DNA of 61,616 nt, counting the filler, from Nemertoderma westbladi (Eukaryota > Animalia > Xenacoelomorpha), in NCBI GenBank assembly GCA_032718475.1. It is 3 parts of 3 records of this genome, joined end to end, with 100 filler letters (N's around TTAATTAATTAA, not from the genome) between each part and the next. Parts side by side here need not be neighbours in the genome. Positions count along the whole stretch, not along the records: positions 42,601 to 61,616 come from JAUCBJ010004424.1; 2 more parts are not named here. The stretch is one strand, 5' to 3'. The position numbers and the translations under genes are program-made. Position 1 is the stretch's first letter. Each line of letters opens with the position of its first letter. A model generated the notes under the pieces. That model did no database searches. It saw only the letters and a program-made list of their open reading frames with translations, and was not told where the DNA came from. This document shows positions 47,990-61,616 of this stretch, in pieces.

Positions 47990-48990
47990 AATCTCCCGTT
48001 GCTATGGTCGTGAGTAACTATTTACATTAAAAAAATAGCTATGATAGACCCCAGATATATATTTTTCAAATCAAGAAAATTATTACCTTCTAAATATGAA
48101 AATTAAGAAAGCGAAAGTGCATAAATAATGAAACATACCCGTTGCTATGGTAACTATATTGACTGTATTGTATTATTACCTTCTAAATATGAAAAAATAA
48201 GAAAGCGGAAGTGCATAAATAATGAAACATACCCGTTGCTATGGTAACTATATTGACTTATATTGTGGTCATAGACATCTACTGTGTAATGAGGAACTAA
48301 GATATGTGCATTGCATATGATCAAAGTTGAAGTAAACTGAACATGTTTTTTTCAATATTTTGTCCACATTCCAAATGTTATCGCTTACCATGGCATCAGA
48401 GGCAAACTTGAATGGTCGGAAAATAATTATCTGGACTTGGCAACATGTAAGACACTTGATCCAAAATTGAATTTTTTTTAGATAGTTCGGAACTATATTT
48501 AATTTGGCAGAATATATTTAGTGACTTGTGACCATGGTTACAGGTCTACCACAGGTCCGTTTAAATTGGTCCACTACTAGAAATCAAGAGGGCCTCAGGG
48601 ATAATATATTTATAATGTTAGATGAGTTTTCCAAATAGGGAACAATTATTAATCAATGGTTTTATATTTTTCGGATATTTACTGAAATTCGGCGAGTGAA
48701 AACTCGCTTTTGAAACAGTTGCCATGGGAACCGGGTTTTACAAATGACGTCAATGGAATCTCTGATGGTGATATGTGGGGGGTAGGTTAAGGTTAGAAGA
48801 CTGTAGGTTTATTGGACAGTGGACTTTTGTAAATGACCTCCTGTTGTCATGGTAATATGGGACCGATATATAAAGTTGCAAAGTTGGTTCGCCTTAAAAA
48901 ATTAAAGGTATGGTAATTATCTACTCCTGTGCCAATTATGGAAAGTTTGTCCAGAACGTCCACATTAACTTGCTAAGAGACATGACTAAT
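47990..48990. mobile_element. DNA transposon remnant, possibly Academ-like
   Basis: Repeated GTTGC(T/C)ATGG(T)AAC-like motifs and a ...CATGACTA end; family assigned from recalled resemblance only. Confidence 0.3.
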
Positions 48991-49089
48991 AGTCTACTCT
49001 AGTATACCACCAATCTAAAGAGGTGTAGATCTAAAGGAAGTACAATTAAATAAAATGTTCAGCTCGAGTATTGCTGCTAAGTGATAATA

Positions 49090-49530
49090 ATTAAATGAAT
49101 TTGAGATGAGCTGCAACTGTAAATAATAATGTAATATTATGGTTTAGTTCAGAAATTTAACAAATGAGAAAGCACGTCACCGAGGATTGAACCAGCACTA
49201 TAGGTACGTTTAGGCCTATCAGCCTATCTTATTTATTTGTACTTTCCTCCTGTTTCACTGTAACATAGTTGAGGCCGGTAGGTCCCCTGTTAGAGATGCA
49301 ACTTAAGATTGCCTGTTCAATAGAAGTGGATTAGATGGGAGAGTAAGTTTCAGGGGCAAGTGGCTGAACTGGTTAGCCCTATGGATGAGGCCTGCTAGGC
49401 CGAAAGGTATATAAAGGTATAGGCCGAAAGGTATAGCGCTGGTTCAACCCCCAGTGACGTGCTTCCTCATTTTTCAATTTCTGAACAAAACCATAATAAT
49501 TGCATTAACATCTCAACTTCACTTCATTAA
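49090..49530. mobile_element. Penelope-like repeat pair (inverted) with degenerate hammerhead motifs
   Basis: 49133-49202 is the inverted copy of 49432-49501; GATGA-GGCCT-GCT-AGGCC-GAAA at 49384-49405. Confidence 0.5.
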
Positions 49531-49599
49531 ATTGTTTAATTGTATAGCTTAGTAGCAATCGAAATTAACGAGATTCCACAAAAAGGTCCATTTATTGTT

Positions 49600-50030
49600 A
49601 AGTGGTAGTTCTTTGGGACAGGGAAAAACTTATTTGTTTTCATTTTTTGAGGGACTCTTTTTGCCCAATAAATATGTCCGCAATAATGCAATGGGCTGAA
49701 TGAGCTCCAAACATTTTTATTTTGAAGATCTCAGAGGCACATCATCTACTCCACTGGCACGATTGGTTTTGATGCTCTTTGCTGCCGTTTTGATTCCAGA
49801 AAAGGAGATGCCACCAATGAGGATATGTAAGCACAGACTCAGGCACACGATGTACCGCAAAGTTATCAGGCAATATGGCAGAAGTTTCTCAAAGTGGGCC
49901 TTCAACCAATCAGGCGTTCAGTTGGAGATTCAACCTCAACCTTGGTGGTTGGGTGGCTTTTCCATTGGCTGGATTGCCTGCTGTCATCTGCATTGTTGAT
50001 GGGACCAACCTGCTTATTGATATATCCTAG
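49600..50030 (-). pseudogene. Degenerate fragment related to RTE family B
   Basis: KAHFEKLL, AAKSIKTNRASGVD, INNADDSRQSSQ match the 21233-21754 ORF. Confidence 0.8.
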
Positions 50031-50967
50031 GCTGTCCTCATGATGTTCATGATGATGTTCCGGAAATACATACATGACAGATCGGAAATGCCAAACTACA
50101 ATACAAGATACAGATGTTATTCGTCTCACTGGTCAAGAACACAACACGCAGTGATCGCAGTCAAGAATAAACAAATCCTACACAAACTAATCAATAAATA
50201 TGTTGGAGTACGGTTTATAAGCTTTATCAAACAGCACAACTGCCAGTGGGGGTGGATAAAATTTTTAAGTATGGCTGACTCTCATTATACTCAACCAGTT
50301 GTAGTGCACATGCCAGTAAACATTCCTTAGCCACTTTCTTGTTTGCCACAAAAAAATAGTTAAATACTAAGATAGATTAATCAATATAGGGATAGGAGTA
50401 GGATAAAGGGGTGGCTTTTATATCTTAAAACAATAGTCGATATTTAATAAATGATTGAAGTTGTTCTTGTTATTTCAATTTGGTACCAGGCGCATACTAA
50501 TTTCATAAGCGGCTCGGCTTTCCAAGATTAAGAAGGGGGCCTGAAGTTCAAGAAATAAAGTACTTGGCCTCAGTTAGGGATCCTGAAAGCCTCGCCTAGG
50601 CCTAGATCCCAGAAGATGATAATGAGAACATCCCGAAGCTCGAGGAACATCTGCGATTCCTTGACAAAAAAAATGACTTCAAAAACAACATACTCGAATT
50701 ATACAGCTCGTAAGGAGCTACGAGGAACAGTAACACTACAAAATAGAAAGTACGGTGGAAACCGCATCCATGGTCACCTCGAGACAGTCCTCCATGAGAA
50801 GAAGTCGTCACTCCTCTAGACAATCTGAGTCTAGTTTCCATAGCACAACTTCCATAGCACAAATGGGATGCAGAACATTGTGCCAGGGAGATAAAAGCGG
50901 AGAAAACTATAAAAGTAAAGTAAAAATGATCCACAAGATCTATGATTCAAAAGGGAAGTATGGATGA

Positions 50968-51385
50968 TGCCAAATTGGCCAATTACAAAACTGCCATCCT
51001 TGAGAGAGACCTTCAGATCGAAGAGGACAAAGAGAGAGGGATTGAAAGTGAATACAAATCCATCCCCATTCCAGAGTTGAAAAAAATACTTCCTTTCAAT
51101 GAACTAGAAACTGGGAAACCTACCCTTAAAACCTCCAACCTCTCACCCAGAGCTCCAGTGTTCTACCCTCATATGGAAGAGAACCAGGGAAGTCATAATG
51201 TTCAGTACGAGCTTTCTGTACGAGGATCAGGTAAACAATATCCTCAACCTCCGATAGATCGCCAGAAAGTTTCCAGAATGGCTACAAACTAAATGGGCAT
51301 ATAAATGCATCGATTTATGTTGATGTCATCCGGATAGTGATATGACATATCTTGTATGTCATATCATGTTATATGACATGTCCAG
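50968..51385 (+). repeat. Duplicated pieces of BEL-3 gag
   Basis: 50970-51199 matches 53248-53474; 51222-51384 matches 54154-54316. Confidence 0.85.
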
Positions 51386-51429
51386 ATTTCTAGAAGATGT
51401 ATCGGAAACAAAGAATGACTCAACTAAAG

Positions 51430-51660
51430 ACTGCCTGTTCAGTAGAAGTGGAATAAAAGGATAAAAGGATCAGAAAGGTGAGTGTCAGGGGAGAGTGGTT
51501 GAACCTATTAGAGCTGCTGAAGAGGCCTGATAGGCCAAAATGCATGTATAGTGCTGGGTCAACTCCCGGTGCTGTGCTTTCTCATTTTTTCCATTTCTGA
51601 ACCAATTTTTACATTATCATTCATTAAAGTTGCATTAACAGCTCAACTATAATTCATTTA
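51430..51660 (+). mobile_element. Second Penelope-like repeat copy with a hammerhead-like core
   Basis: Similar to 49305-49525; CTGAAGA-GGCCT-GAT-AGGCC-AAAA at 51517-51540. Confidence 0.5.
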
Positions 51661-52753
51661 TTTACTGTATGACTAAATGTTTGTAATCGATTTTTCGCAC
51701 CTCCGTAGGCAACACTGTCCCGGCTGCTGGCTAGGGTACACAGAATAAGCCATGACAGCCTATGTGGGAGTCAGGAGTCAGCAGTATTATGACTGCCCAG
51801 GAAGAACAATATGCACTACAGCAGTTGAGCACCTGACTGACTGCCCCCACCTCTTTACATAAATCAGACCCAATCAGACCTACCCTTTTAGTGCTTTACG
51901 TCTATTTATATTATACAATCGATACGTTGAATATTCTCACAAAGCCGAACATTTCTAAAAGCACAGTCTGTAAGTATATGCTAGTATTATACTTTATATC
52001 GTACGTACCGTGTTTAGTTTGTACTTGTTTATTGGACCTGTATATCGGTTTGTAATATACTATATTTCCTTTATTATTTATAGTTTTCCGTTTACAACCA
52101 TATATTGATATAACCCATGTTTTCGTCTGACATTCGATAATATACTTTGATCAATCAGTCAATACCGGTAGTCGATGTCTGCTTTTCTAATCCTGGGCTA
52201 ATTCAACTGGGTTGTTAGCGAACCTGACGCACGTACCGTCACAGTGAAAGACTATGCCACTGCAACACTGGGCAGCTGGGCCCTGCTGGGCGAAAACGGA
52301 ATAACTATACACCAATACGATCCCTACCCGGGCTACACTCGTTATGCATACGATTGCTTTTTTATCTTGCATTATTATTGTATAGTTCTACTGGTCTATG
52401 CATTCAGTACCGGCACTACCTTTATATATTAAGCTAAATATATTAGGCCGTACTAGAGTCATTAAACTAAATATTGTGCTAGGCCTAATAATACATTACA
52501 GTATTCGGTAATGATATCACTATTTTTATTTATTCTCAAACCCCACACTACTGCCCTTCAAGTACCGGTAAAGCATCTATATTAAATAATACTGAAATAC
52601 GAATATAGAACATACAGGTATATTCATTGATATATAGTATATAAATCCCCTTTAAACCAAAAAAAAAAAAACACAAAACGTAAAATCTTTTCCTTTCATT
52701 TTCCTATTTCCTAATTTCCTAATTTATCATACAAATCCCAATCTAAATCGAAA

Positions 52754-55101
52754 ATGGCTGCATTCCGGCACTCAAATAGATCCATACAAAGGCGCACCCC
52801 CTTCCTTATTACAGACTATGAGGCAGTCTGTTCATTTATAGAAGAACTCCTCAACCAACCAGTAATCGAACTTGACAGTCTCGAACAGGCCACAGTACAC
52901 GCCAAAGATATAAAATCAGCTAAAGCAAATATGGAGGAGACCTTCTGCACCTTGATATCCTGACTCGAGAAGGAGGGAAGAACTGAAGAAAGAGACAATT
53001 ATCTGCTTGACTACCAAAGATGCAGCAGACTATGCAGAGAAATGTTAAAACACCCGGAAAGCCACTGCAAAGCATTAGGGGCCAATAACTCAATCTCATT
53101 GATATCATTTAAGTCCTCGTCTTCTCGAGCCCAAAGCCTACTGCAACAGAAGAAAGCATCCTTGAAGAGCAAAGAAATTACAGCAGCACTAGATGAGAAA
53201 CATACAAAACTAGAGATGCAACAAAGCCAGCTAGAAGCTGATGCAGACATTGGCCAATTACAAAACTGCCATCCTTGAGCAAGACCTTCAGATCGAAGAG
53301 GACAAAGAGAGAGGGATTGAAAGTGAATACAAATCCATCCCCATTCCAGAGTTGAAAAAAATACTTCCTTTCAATGAACTAGAAACTGGGAAACCTACCC
53401 TTAAAACCTCCAACCTCTCACCCAGAGCTCCAGTGTTCTACCCTCATATGGAAGAGAACCAGGAAAGTCATAATAATCATAAGTACGAGCCTTAAAAGCA
53501 CTTGGAAAACCTTACAACACCTTCTGGAGATCGACTGGAGGATGATCAGCTGATGAATGGCACCTACCACTATGAGCCCGAAAGGGACTCGGACCGTGGT
53601 GATGACCCGATACCCATCATGGAACCAGTCACGTCAACACCCCAACAATCATGGCAAAATAATACATGCTGATCCGAAACTCGAGTGGAGCCCTCATATG
53701 CGAGCGGCATCCCAGGACATTTCATCACTCCATGTAAACCTACATCAAATGACGTGAGTATAATCACAGCGCTAGAAAATCAACTCTCTAAGCCTAAAAT
53801 GGAGATCTGTGGTTTCAACAGAGAAAATACAGACTTTTATTAGTTATAAAAAGTATATCTTAGCACAGATAGGATCGACCAAAAGAACAGATGCCCAAAA
53901 ACTCTTTTACTTATCGCAATACCTTGGTGATAAACCCAGGAGGTTGATCCACTGCTTTGAAGGCGGCGCGGATGTTGCGTATAGAGATGCGTGGGAAGCT
54001 TTAAATTAATGATATGGGAACACAGGAACCATCATTGATAAAACTCTGGAGAAACTTTTCCAAGATGCAAGTTCACTAGGTGATCCTCAAAATATACAGG
54101 AGTTCTCGGATTCTTTGAAAGAGGCATATTATAGTTTGAAACCTCTAAAGAAGGAGGATCAGGTAAACAATATCCTCAACCTCCGATAGATCGCCAGAAA
54201 GTTTCCAGAATGGCTACAAAGTAAATGGGCATATAAATGCATCGATTTATGTTGACGTCATACGGATAGTGATATGACATATCTTGTATGTCATGTCATG
54301 TTATATGACATGTCCACGTGTATGCCATGTGTATACTTCCCGGACAGAGACATGACCGATCTGGAACTACATATGTTTTCCGATGCATCCTTGGAAGCAA
54401 ATGGAGCACCACTTTATTTGGTACAGCGAAAGGGGGCCCATAAGCCCAGGCTTGCGTTTAGTAAAGCGAGGTCCACGCCAACAGATTCAGCATCAGTGCC
54501 GAAACGAAACTAATGGCTGCGAGATTAGGAGTAAGGTCGACAGCATACTTGGTGGACACTATACCAAATATAGTAGAGACGCACTACTGGACAGATTCCA
54601 TTGTAGTGTTGGGATGGCTGCTTAATGAGAAGACGTGTAATCCCATATTTGTGGCGAATAGGGTGGACGAGATAAGAGCAATGACCGATTTGGAGAAGTG
54701 GCGCTACCGCCCAACTGACGACAATCCAGCGGATCTGCTATCGAGGGGCGTTGCACGACACGCTTTCTCGAGAAAGCAGGAGTTGTGGCATCATGGCCCA
54801 CACTTCCTTAACGATAGGTCGAGCTGGCCACCAATGAGGAAGGTAGACCCAAGTACAGAGGAGGTGATGGTGGAAGAGGAGGGAGAGGAATCAGAGGGGG
54901 ATGAAATATTCAGCCAATTAGTGAGAGGTCAAGGAAGCACCACTGCAATTAAAGCCAAGAGGGTCGTGCGATAACCCAATGGATAGGTTGCTCAGTTACA
55001 GCTCCAGCTGGTATATGACTAAGAAGCTAGTAGCATATCTGAGGGCCTATGGGAATTCCTCAGGGGAGTTGAGAAGGATACCAAAACAAGACCCACTATC
55101 A
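52754..55101 (+). mobile_element. BEL/Pao remnant (BEL-3): gag plus RNase H; protease and RT absent
   Basis: QKLFYLSQYLGDKPRRLI..AYRDAWEAL; LHMFSDAS, AFSKARSTP, YWTDSIVVLGWL, FVANRV, NPADLLSRG. Confidence 0.85.
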
Positions 55102-58100
55102 CTTCGAATAAATATAAGAAGTCCTAACGGTCTTCTAATACATATAAGAAGTCCTAACGGTCTTCTAATAAATATAAGAAGTCCTAACGGTCTTCTAATG
55201 AATATAAGAAGTCCTAACGGTCTTCTAATAAATATAAGAAGTCCTAACATTCTTCTAATAAATATAAGAAGTCCTAACGGTCTTCTAATACATATAAGAA
55301 GTCCTAACGGTCTTCTAATAAATATAAGAAGTCCTAACGGTCTTCTAATAAATATAAGAAGTCCTAGCGGTCTTCTAATAAATATAAGAAGTCCTAACAT
55401 TCTTCGAATAAATATAAGAAGTCCTAACGGTCTTCTAATACATATAAGAAGTCCTAACCGTCTTCTAATTAATATAAGAAGTCCTAACCGTCTTCTAATA
55501 AATATAAGAAGTCCTAACGGTCTTCTAATAAATATAAGAAGTCCTAACATTCTTCGAATAAATATAAGAAGTCCTAACGGTCTTCTAATACATATAAGAA
55601 GTCCTAACCGTCTTCTAATTAATATAAGAAGTCCTAACCGTCTTCTAATAAATATAAGAAGTCCTGACGGTCTTCTAATAAATATAAGAAGTCAAAACGG
55701 TCTTCTAATACATATAAGAAGTCCTAACGGTCTTCTAATAAATATAAGAAGTCCTAACGGTCTTCTAATGAATATAAGAAGTCCTAACGGTCTTCTAATA
55801 AATATAAGAAGTCCTAACATTCTTCGAATAAATATAAGAAGTCCTAACGGTCTTCTAATAAATATAAGAAGTCCTAACGGTCTTCTAATACATATAAGAA
55901 GTCCTAACGGTCTTCTAATAAATATAAGAAGTCCTAACGGTCTTCTAATAAATATAAGAAGTCCTAACGGTCTTCTAATACATATAAGAAGTCCTAACGG
56001 TCTTCTAATAAATATAAGAAGTCCTAAAGGTCTTCTAATAAATATAAGAAGTCCTAACGGTCTTCTAATAAATATAAGAAGTCCTAACGGTCTTCTAATA
56101 AATATAAGAAGTCCTAACGGTCTTATAATAAATGTAAGAAGTCCTAACGGTCTTCGAATAAATATAAGAAGTCCTAAAGGTCTTCTAATAAATATAAGAA
56201 GTCCTAACGGTCTTCTAATAAATATAAGAAGTCCTAACGGTCTTCGAATAAATATAAGAAGTCCTAACGGTATTCTAATAAATATAAGAAGTCCTAAAGG
56301 TCTTCTAAAAAATATAAGAAGTCCTAACGGTCTTCGAATAAATATAAGAAGTCCTGACGGTCTTCTAATAAATATAAGAAGTCCTAACCGTCTTCTAATA
56401 AATATAAGAAGTCCTAACGGTCTTCTAATAAATATAAGAAGTCCTAACGGTCTTCTAATAAATATAAGAAGTCCTAACGGTCTTCTAATAAATATAAGAA
56501 GTCCTAACCGTCTTCTAATAAATATAAGAAGTCCTAACGGTCTTCTAATAAATATAAGAAGTCCTAACGGTCTTCTAATAAATATAAGAAGTCCTAACGG
56601 TCTTCTAATAAATATAAGAAGTCCTAACGGTCTTTTAATAAATATAAGAAGTCCTAACGGTCTTCTAATAAATATAAGAAGTCCTAACCGTCTTCTAATA
56701 AATATAAGAAGTCCTAACGGTCTTCTAATAAATATAAGAAGTCCTAACGGTCTTCTAATAAATATAAGAAATCCTAAAGGTCTTCTAAAAAATATAAGAA
56801 GTCCTAACGGTCTTCTAATAAATATAAGAAGTCCTAACGGTCTTCTAATAAATATAAGAAGTCCTAACGGTCTTCTAATAAATATAAGAAGTCCTAACGG
56901 TCTTCTAATAAATATAAGAAGTCCTAACGGTCTTCTAATGAATATAAGAAGTCCTAAAGGTCTTCTAATAAATATAACAAGTCCTAACAGTCTTCTAATA
57001 CATATAAGAAGTCCTAACGGTATTCTAATGAATATAAGAAGTCCTAACGGTCTTCTAATAAATATAAGAAGTCCTAACGGTCTTCTAATAAATATAAGAA
57101 GTCCTGACGGTCTTCTAATAAATATAAGAAGTCCTAACGGTCTTCTAATAAATATAAGAAGTCCTAACGGTCTTCGAATAAATATAAGAAGTCCTGACGG
57201 TCTTCTAATAAATATAAGAAGTCCTAACGGTCTTCTAATAAATATAAGAAGTCCTAACGGTCTTCTAATGAATATAAGAAGTCCTAACGGTCTTCTAATA
57301 AATATAAGAAGTCCTAACGGTCTTTTAATAAATATAAGAAGTCCTAACGGTCTTCTAATAAATATAAGAAGTCCTAACGGTCTTCGAATAAATATAAGAA
57401 GTCCTAACGGTCTTCTAATGAATATAAGAAGTCCTAACGGTCTTCTAATAAATATAAGAAGTCCTAACGGTCTTTTAATAAATATAAGAAGTCCTAACGG
57501 TCTTCTAATAAATATAAGAAGTCCTAACGGTCTTCTAATAAATATAAGAAGTCCTAACGGTCTTCGAATAAATATAAGAAGTCCTAACGGTCTTCGAATA
57601 AATATAAGAAGTCCTGACGGTCTTCTAATAAATATAAGAAGTCCTAACGGTCTTCTAATAAATATAAGAAGTCCGAACGGTCTTCAAATAAATATAAGAA
57701 GTCCTAACGGTCTTCTAATGAATATAAGAAGTCCTAACGGTCTTCTAATAAATATAAGAAGTCCTAACGGTCTTTTAATAAATATAAGAAGTCCTAACGG
57801 TCTTCTAATAAATATAAGAAGTCCTAACGGTCTTCTAATAAATATAAGAAGTCCTAACGGTCTTCTAATAAATATAAGAAGTCCTAAAGGTCTTCTAATA
57901 AATATAAGAAGTCCTAATGGTCTTCTAATAAATATAAGAAGTCCTAACGGTCTTCTAATAAATATAAGAAGTCCTAACGGTCTTCTAATAAATATAAGAA
58001 GTCCTAACGGTCTTCTAATAAATATAAGAAGTCCTAAAGGTCTTCTAATAAATATAAGAAGTCCTGACGGTCTTCTAATAAATATAAGAAGTCCTAACGG

Positions 58101-58895
58101 TCTTCTAATAAATATAAGAAGTCCGAACGGTCTTCGAATAAATATAAGAAGTCCTAACGGTCTTCTAATGAATATAAGAAGTCCTAACGGTCTTCTAATA
58201 AATATAAGAAGTCCTAACGGTCTTTTAATAAATATAAGAAGTCCTAACGGTCTTCTAATAAATATAAGAAGTCCTAACGGTCTTCTAATAAATATAAGAA
58301 GTCCTAACGGTCTTCTAATAAATATAAGAAGTCCTAAAGGTCTTCTAATAAATATAAGAAGTCCTAATGGTCTTCTAATAAATATAAGAAGTCCTAACGG
58401 TCTTCTAATAAATATAAGAAGTCCTAATGGTCTTCTAATAAATATAAGAAGTCCAAACGGTCTTCTAATAAATATAAGAAGTCCTAACGGTCTTCTAATA
58501 CATATAAGAAGTCCTAACGGTCTTCTAATAAATATAAGAAGTCCTAACAGTCTTCTAATAAATATAAGAAGTCCTAACGGTCTTCTAATGAATATAAGAA
58601 GTCCTAACGGTCTTCTAATAAATATAAGAAGTCCTAACGGTCTTCTAATAAATATAAGAAGTCCTAACGGTCTTCTAATAAATATAAGAAGTCCTAATGG
58701 TCTTCTAATAAATATAAGAAGTCCTAACGGTCTTCTAATAAATATAAGAAGTCCTAATGGTCTTCTAATAAATATAAGAAGTCCAAACCGTCTTCTAATA
58801 AATATAAGAAGTCCTAACGGTCTTCTAATAAATATAAGAAGTCCTAAAGGTCTTCTAATAAATATAAGAAGTCCAAACGGTCTTCTAATAAATAT
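55102..58895. repeat. 30-bp tandem array, ~126 copies
   Basis: AATATAAGAAGTCCTAACGGTCTTCTAATA; only substitutions, no indels visible. Confidence 0.98.
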
Positions 58896-61616
58896 TTGTA
58901 TGGCGGAAGAAGTTCAATGAATGAATTTCCCATAAAATTTTGTAGGAAACATATCATATTTGGCGCATGAATTATTATAATGTTTGGTAAGTATTGTTTG
59001 GGGTGGGAATAATTATTTTTTGGTTATAAATAGCTATTTTACTAGAGATGGGCCTAGCAGCCCGTGAAGCAAGTCATAGGAGACAGTACGAGTCAAGTAA
59101 AAGCTTTTTGTTCTGTTTGATAATAAATTAGTATTTCTAATTCCATTTTCTAGACAACTTCAAACTATAATTATTGTGACGGGATCGAGTCTGAGATCCC
59201 AACCGGGTAAGATTGTACGCATCACTTGGCTGCTGGGCTGCTGAGCTAATATCTTTGGCCGAAGGCCTTTGGGGAAAATAACAGAGTTTGTTTCTCAGTA
59301 TTAATAATCTCAGATATAATAGCACAGTCAGATGTATACAGGTATAGTAACAATAATCAGTATAGCATGAATGACGACAGCAGCACATATGAAATGACGG
59401 TCAAAACTATGCCGGTCCGCAACTGTGTGATAATGAACTGACCGGTAAATCAGTAATCAGAGTAACTATATGGTTGATACATATTGGTTTTACCTCTACG
59501 CTACTGTGACCTTTGGTACCCAATGGATGCCCTCCTGTCCTTCCCCACGTGCTTCCCTGCCCGCTATTGGCTTATATACTAATTGTCACATCGCCACTCC
59601 ATGTAGGTGTTACTCCCTGGTGCTAGCCTCGCTAGCTGGGTTGTCCCTCTGAGGTGGTTTGACCTCTCACCTCTCTCTCTGGCTTAGGGCGTGTGTCCCC
59701 CCCCCCCCCCCCCCCCCGAGTTGGTTATGAGGCGAGATTATTATTGTTAATCTCGCATCGCCAACTATATTGGTAAAATGCCACTGGTCCCATTTTCTGT
59801 GGGTGGTGTAGGGAATTGAATCCGTTTTACAATTATTATGTTGTAATCCTCTAATGAATTATAAAATCTGTTGTGATTATAGTAGAGAGCAGTTAACGAA
59901 ATGATTATTTTGTTCTATCGCATAGAGTAGTCAGAGAGGAGTCGAGGTGTCAATTGATTAATATAATAATAACAGCAATTATCATGAATTCAATACAATC
60001 GCGCACAAGAAGTGATAAGACAAATTCGTTCATATTTTTGTAATAAATAAAACAAGTTCAGATGTTTCAATGTAAGCCGCGATTAACAATTTACACTGTT
60101 CAATGTAAACCACGATATTAATTAAATACAACAATTATATTATTATTATAATATAACAGATTTTTATATTTCAAACTATAATGTTAGCCTTATGGAGAAT
60201 CATTATTAAGCTGAGTAAACATTCAGCCTTACAGCCTACAGTCTCCACAGTATTAATGTTGGCACAAAGAATTTAAAATAAAACAATAATTAGATGAGAG
60301 CTAGAGAGCTTAGTACAATACACTGTGTAGCAAACACACTGTAACTAATAGTCATTCAGCTTGCACGCCAATTAATTAACATAGGAAGGATGTATTGGGA
60401 AGTGTTATTCATCTGTGACTGTAATAGCCAGCTAAACCAGTTAATGTTTGCTTACTTACTGGGTTGTAGAGTAGAGTGATAATAAAACTTGGCAGAGAAA
60501 GTTCTTCTTTGTTAGTTGGCCTTCCTATTGAATGCATTACCAGGCCATCTCTATACATTTTTCATGAGTGCCAGCTGGTGTTTTTATCATTGCGCCTATG
60601 GCAATTGTGGTGTTTTGGGGCTATTTTTCGAAATGAAACAAGTTGAGATGTTTCAATTTAAACCGCGATTTCACAAGTACCCTTAGAAATCCATTTTCAT
60701 GGTCCATGGAAAATTTTATCAAAATCGTTATAGAGCCGTTTTTGCTCTAGGTAGTAGCCAGTAGTCAGTAGTCAGTAGCCAGTAACCAGTAGCTTTTTTT
60801 TCTTACAGTAATCAAGTCTAACGACTTGCTAATGACTAACGAATTGCTAATGAAACACTTTTATTTGCCGTCAAATAATCTAATTTCGAGTGGTACGGTG
60901 CTAAGGGGTGTTTACTATATTGAACTAAATCAACTAAAGGTTTAAAGGTTTAATATGAAACAATTAATGACCCGGATATAAACAGTAATTGATGGTTTTA
61001 TAGAAACTGTAGATAGACATTATATAAAAAAAATCTAATACATGATGACATTAGTGGGTAGGAAATGTATTGGCTATGAAGAAAGATGGCGTTATAAGAA
61101 CAAATATAATAGCCAATAAGATATCTCGTATCCTGGGTGGAACCTTTTAGTTTCATTTCCCGAAAAATTCCAGATAAGGAGATGGGCAAATAAGAGAGAC
61201 CGGACTTTGATCGATTTCCTCATTAGACGTTCATTCCAGGCTTGGCAAGATTATCCGAACCATGTTTAGTTAACTCATTCGATCGCTCCACAGACAGCTC
61301 AGATTGCTATTAAGTGCGAGCTTTACACAGAATTACGTTTAGATTGTAATTTACCTACGACGGCATAGGATCTAAATAATGTTAAACCTCGATTTAAAAC
61401 TCCATTTAATTTGGAGAGGAGAGCTAGGTCATTAGCTAAAATCTCGGTATATTATACAACTAGTGAAAAAAGCGCTCTAAGGCGAGTTTTGTGTTTCCTT
61501 TCTTTTTAATTTTCTCGAGCCCCACTAATGATTTAAAAAAAAATAATACTTCGAAAAGTTTGCCCTTGAAACGTGCTCCTTTACATCAATCATTTATCAA
61601 ATCTCGATTATTGTTT

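Noticed and set aside
55102-58895. CRISPR-like array of 30-bp palindromic repeats
   Set aside because: No spacers, no cas genes, eukaryotic context.
59041-59066. Possible Helitron 3' end (hairpin + CTAG|T on the minus strand)
   Set aside because: Short motif with no 5' TC end or Rep/Hel sequence to support it.
58921-61616. Short ORFs and possible LTR/PBS-like motifs in the final 2.7 kb
   Set aside because: No domain, repeat partner or TSD could be established.

Overview
Eukaryotic, probably animal/invertebrate, AT-rich DNA made almost entirely of nested and decayed transposable elements. No conventional multi-exon host gene is supportable. Two 100-bp spacers (44 N + TTAATTAATTAA + 44 N, at 23173-23272 and 42501-42600) are artificial contig joins, so the window is three separate blocks. 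Block 1 holds an RT-less BEL/Pao LTR element with a 2.58-kb gag duplication, an extra 3' ORF and a recurring 20-nt hairpin, followed by a MITE containing a piggyBac MITE and RTE LINEs. Block 2 holds the best candidate for a new system: a ~5.5-kb element with ~2-kb inverted arms and a Polinton/Maverick-like terminus. Each arm carries an intact, intronless GTSF1/Asterix-like gene (tandem CHHC zinc fingers; GTSF1 is a PIWI cofactor), and the arms flank a C2H2/acidic ORF between convergent TATA boxes. Block 2 also has a BEL element with both LTRs, a TSD and C2H2 cargo, a CRE-like fragment, an intron-containing piggyBac transposase fragment, a foldback MITE and RTE copies. Block 3 holds a CRE-like RT/RLE retrotransposon with an in-frame G-rich minisatellite, Penelope-like hammerhead remnants, and a BEL fragment running into a 126 x 30-bp array. 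All family assignments come from motif recognition by eye; no database search was run.
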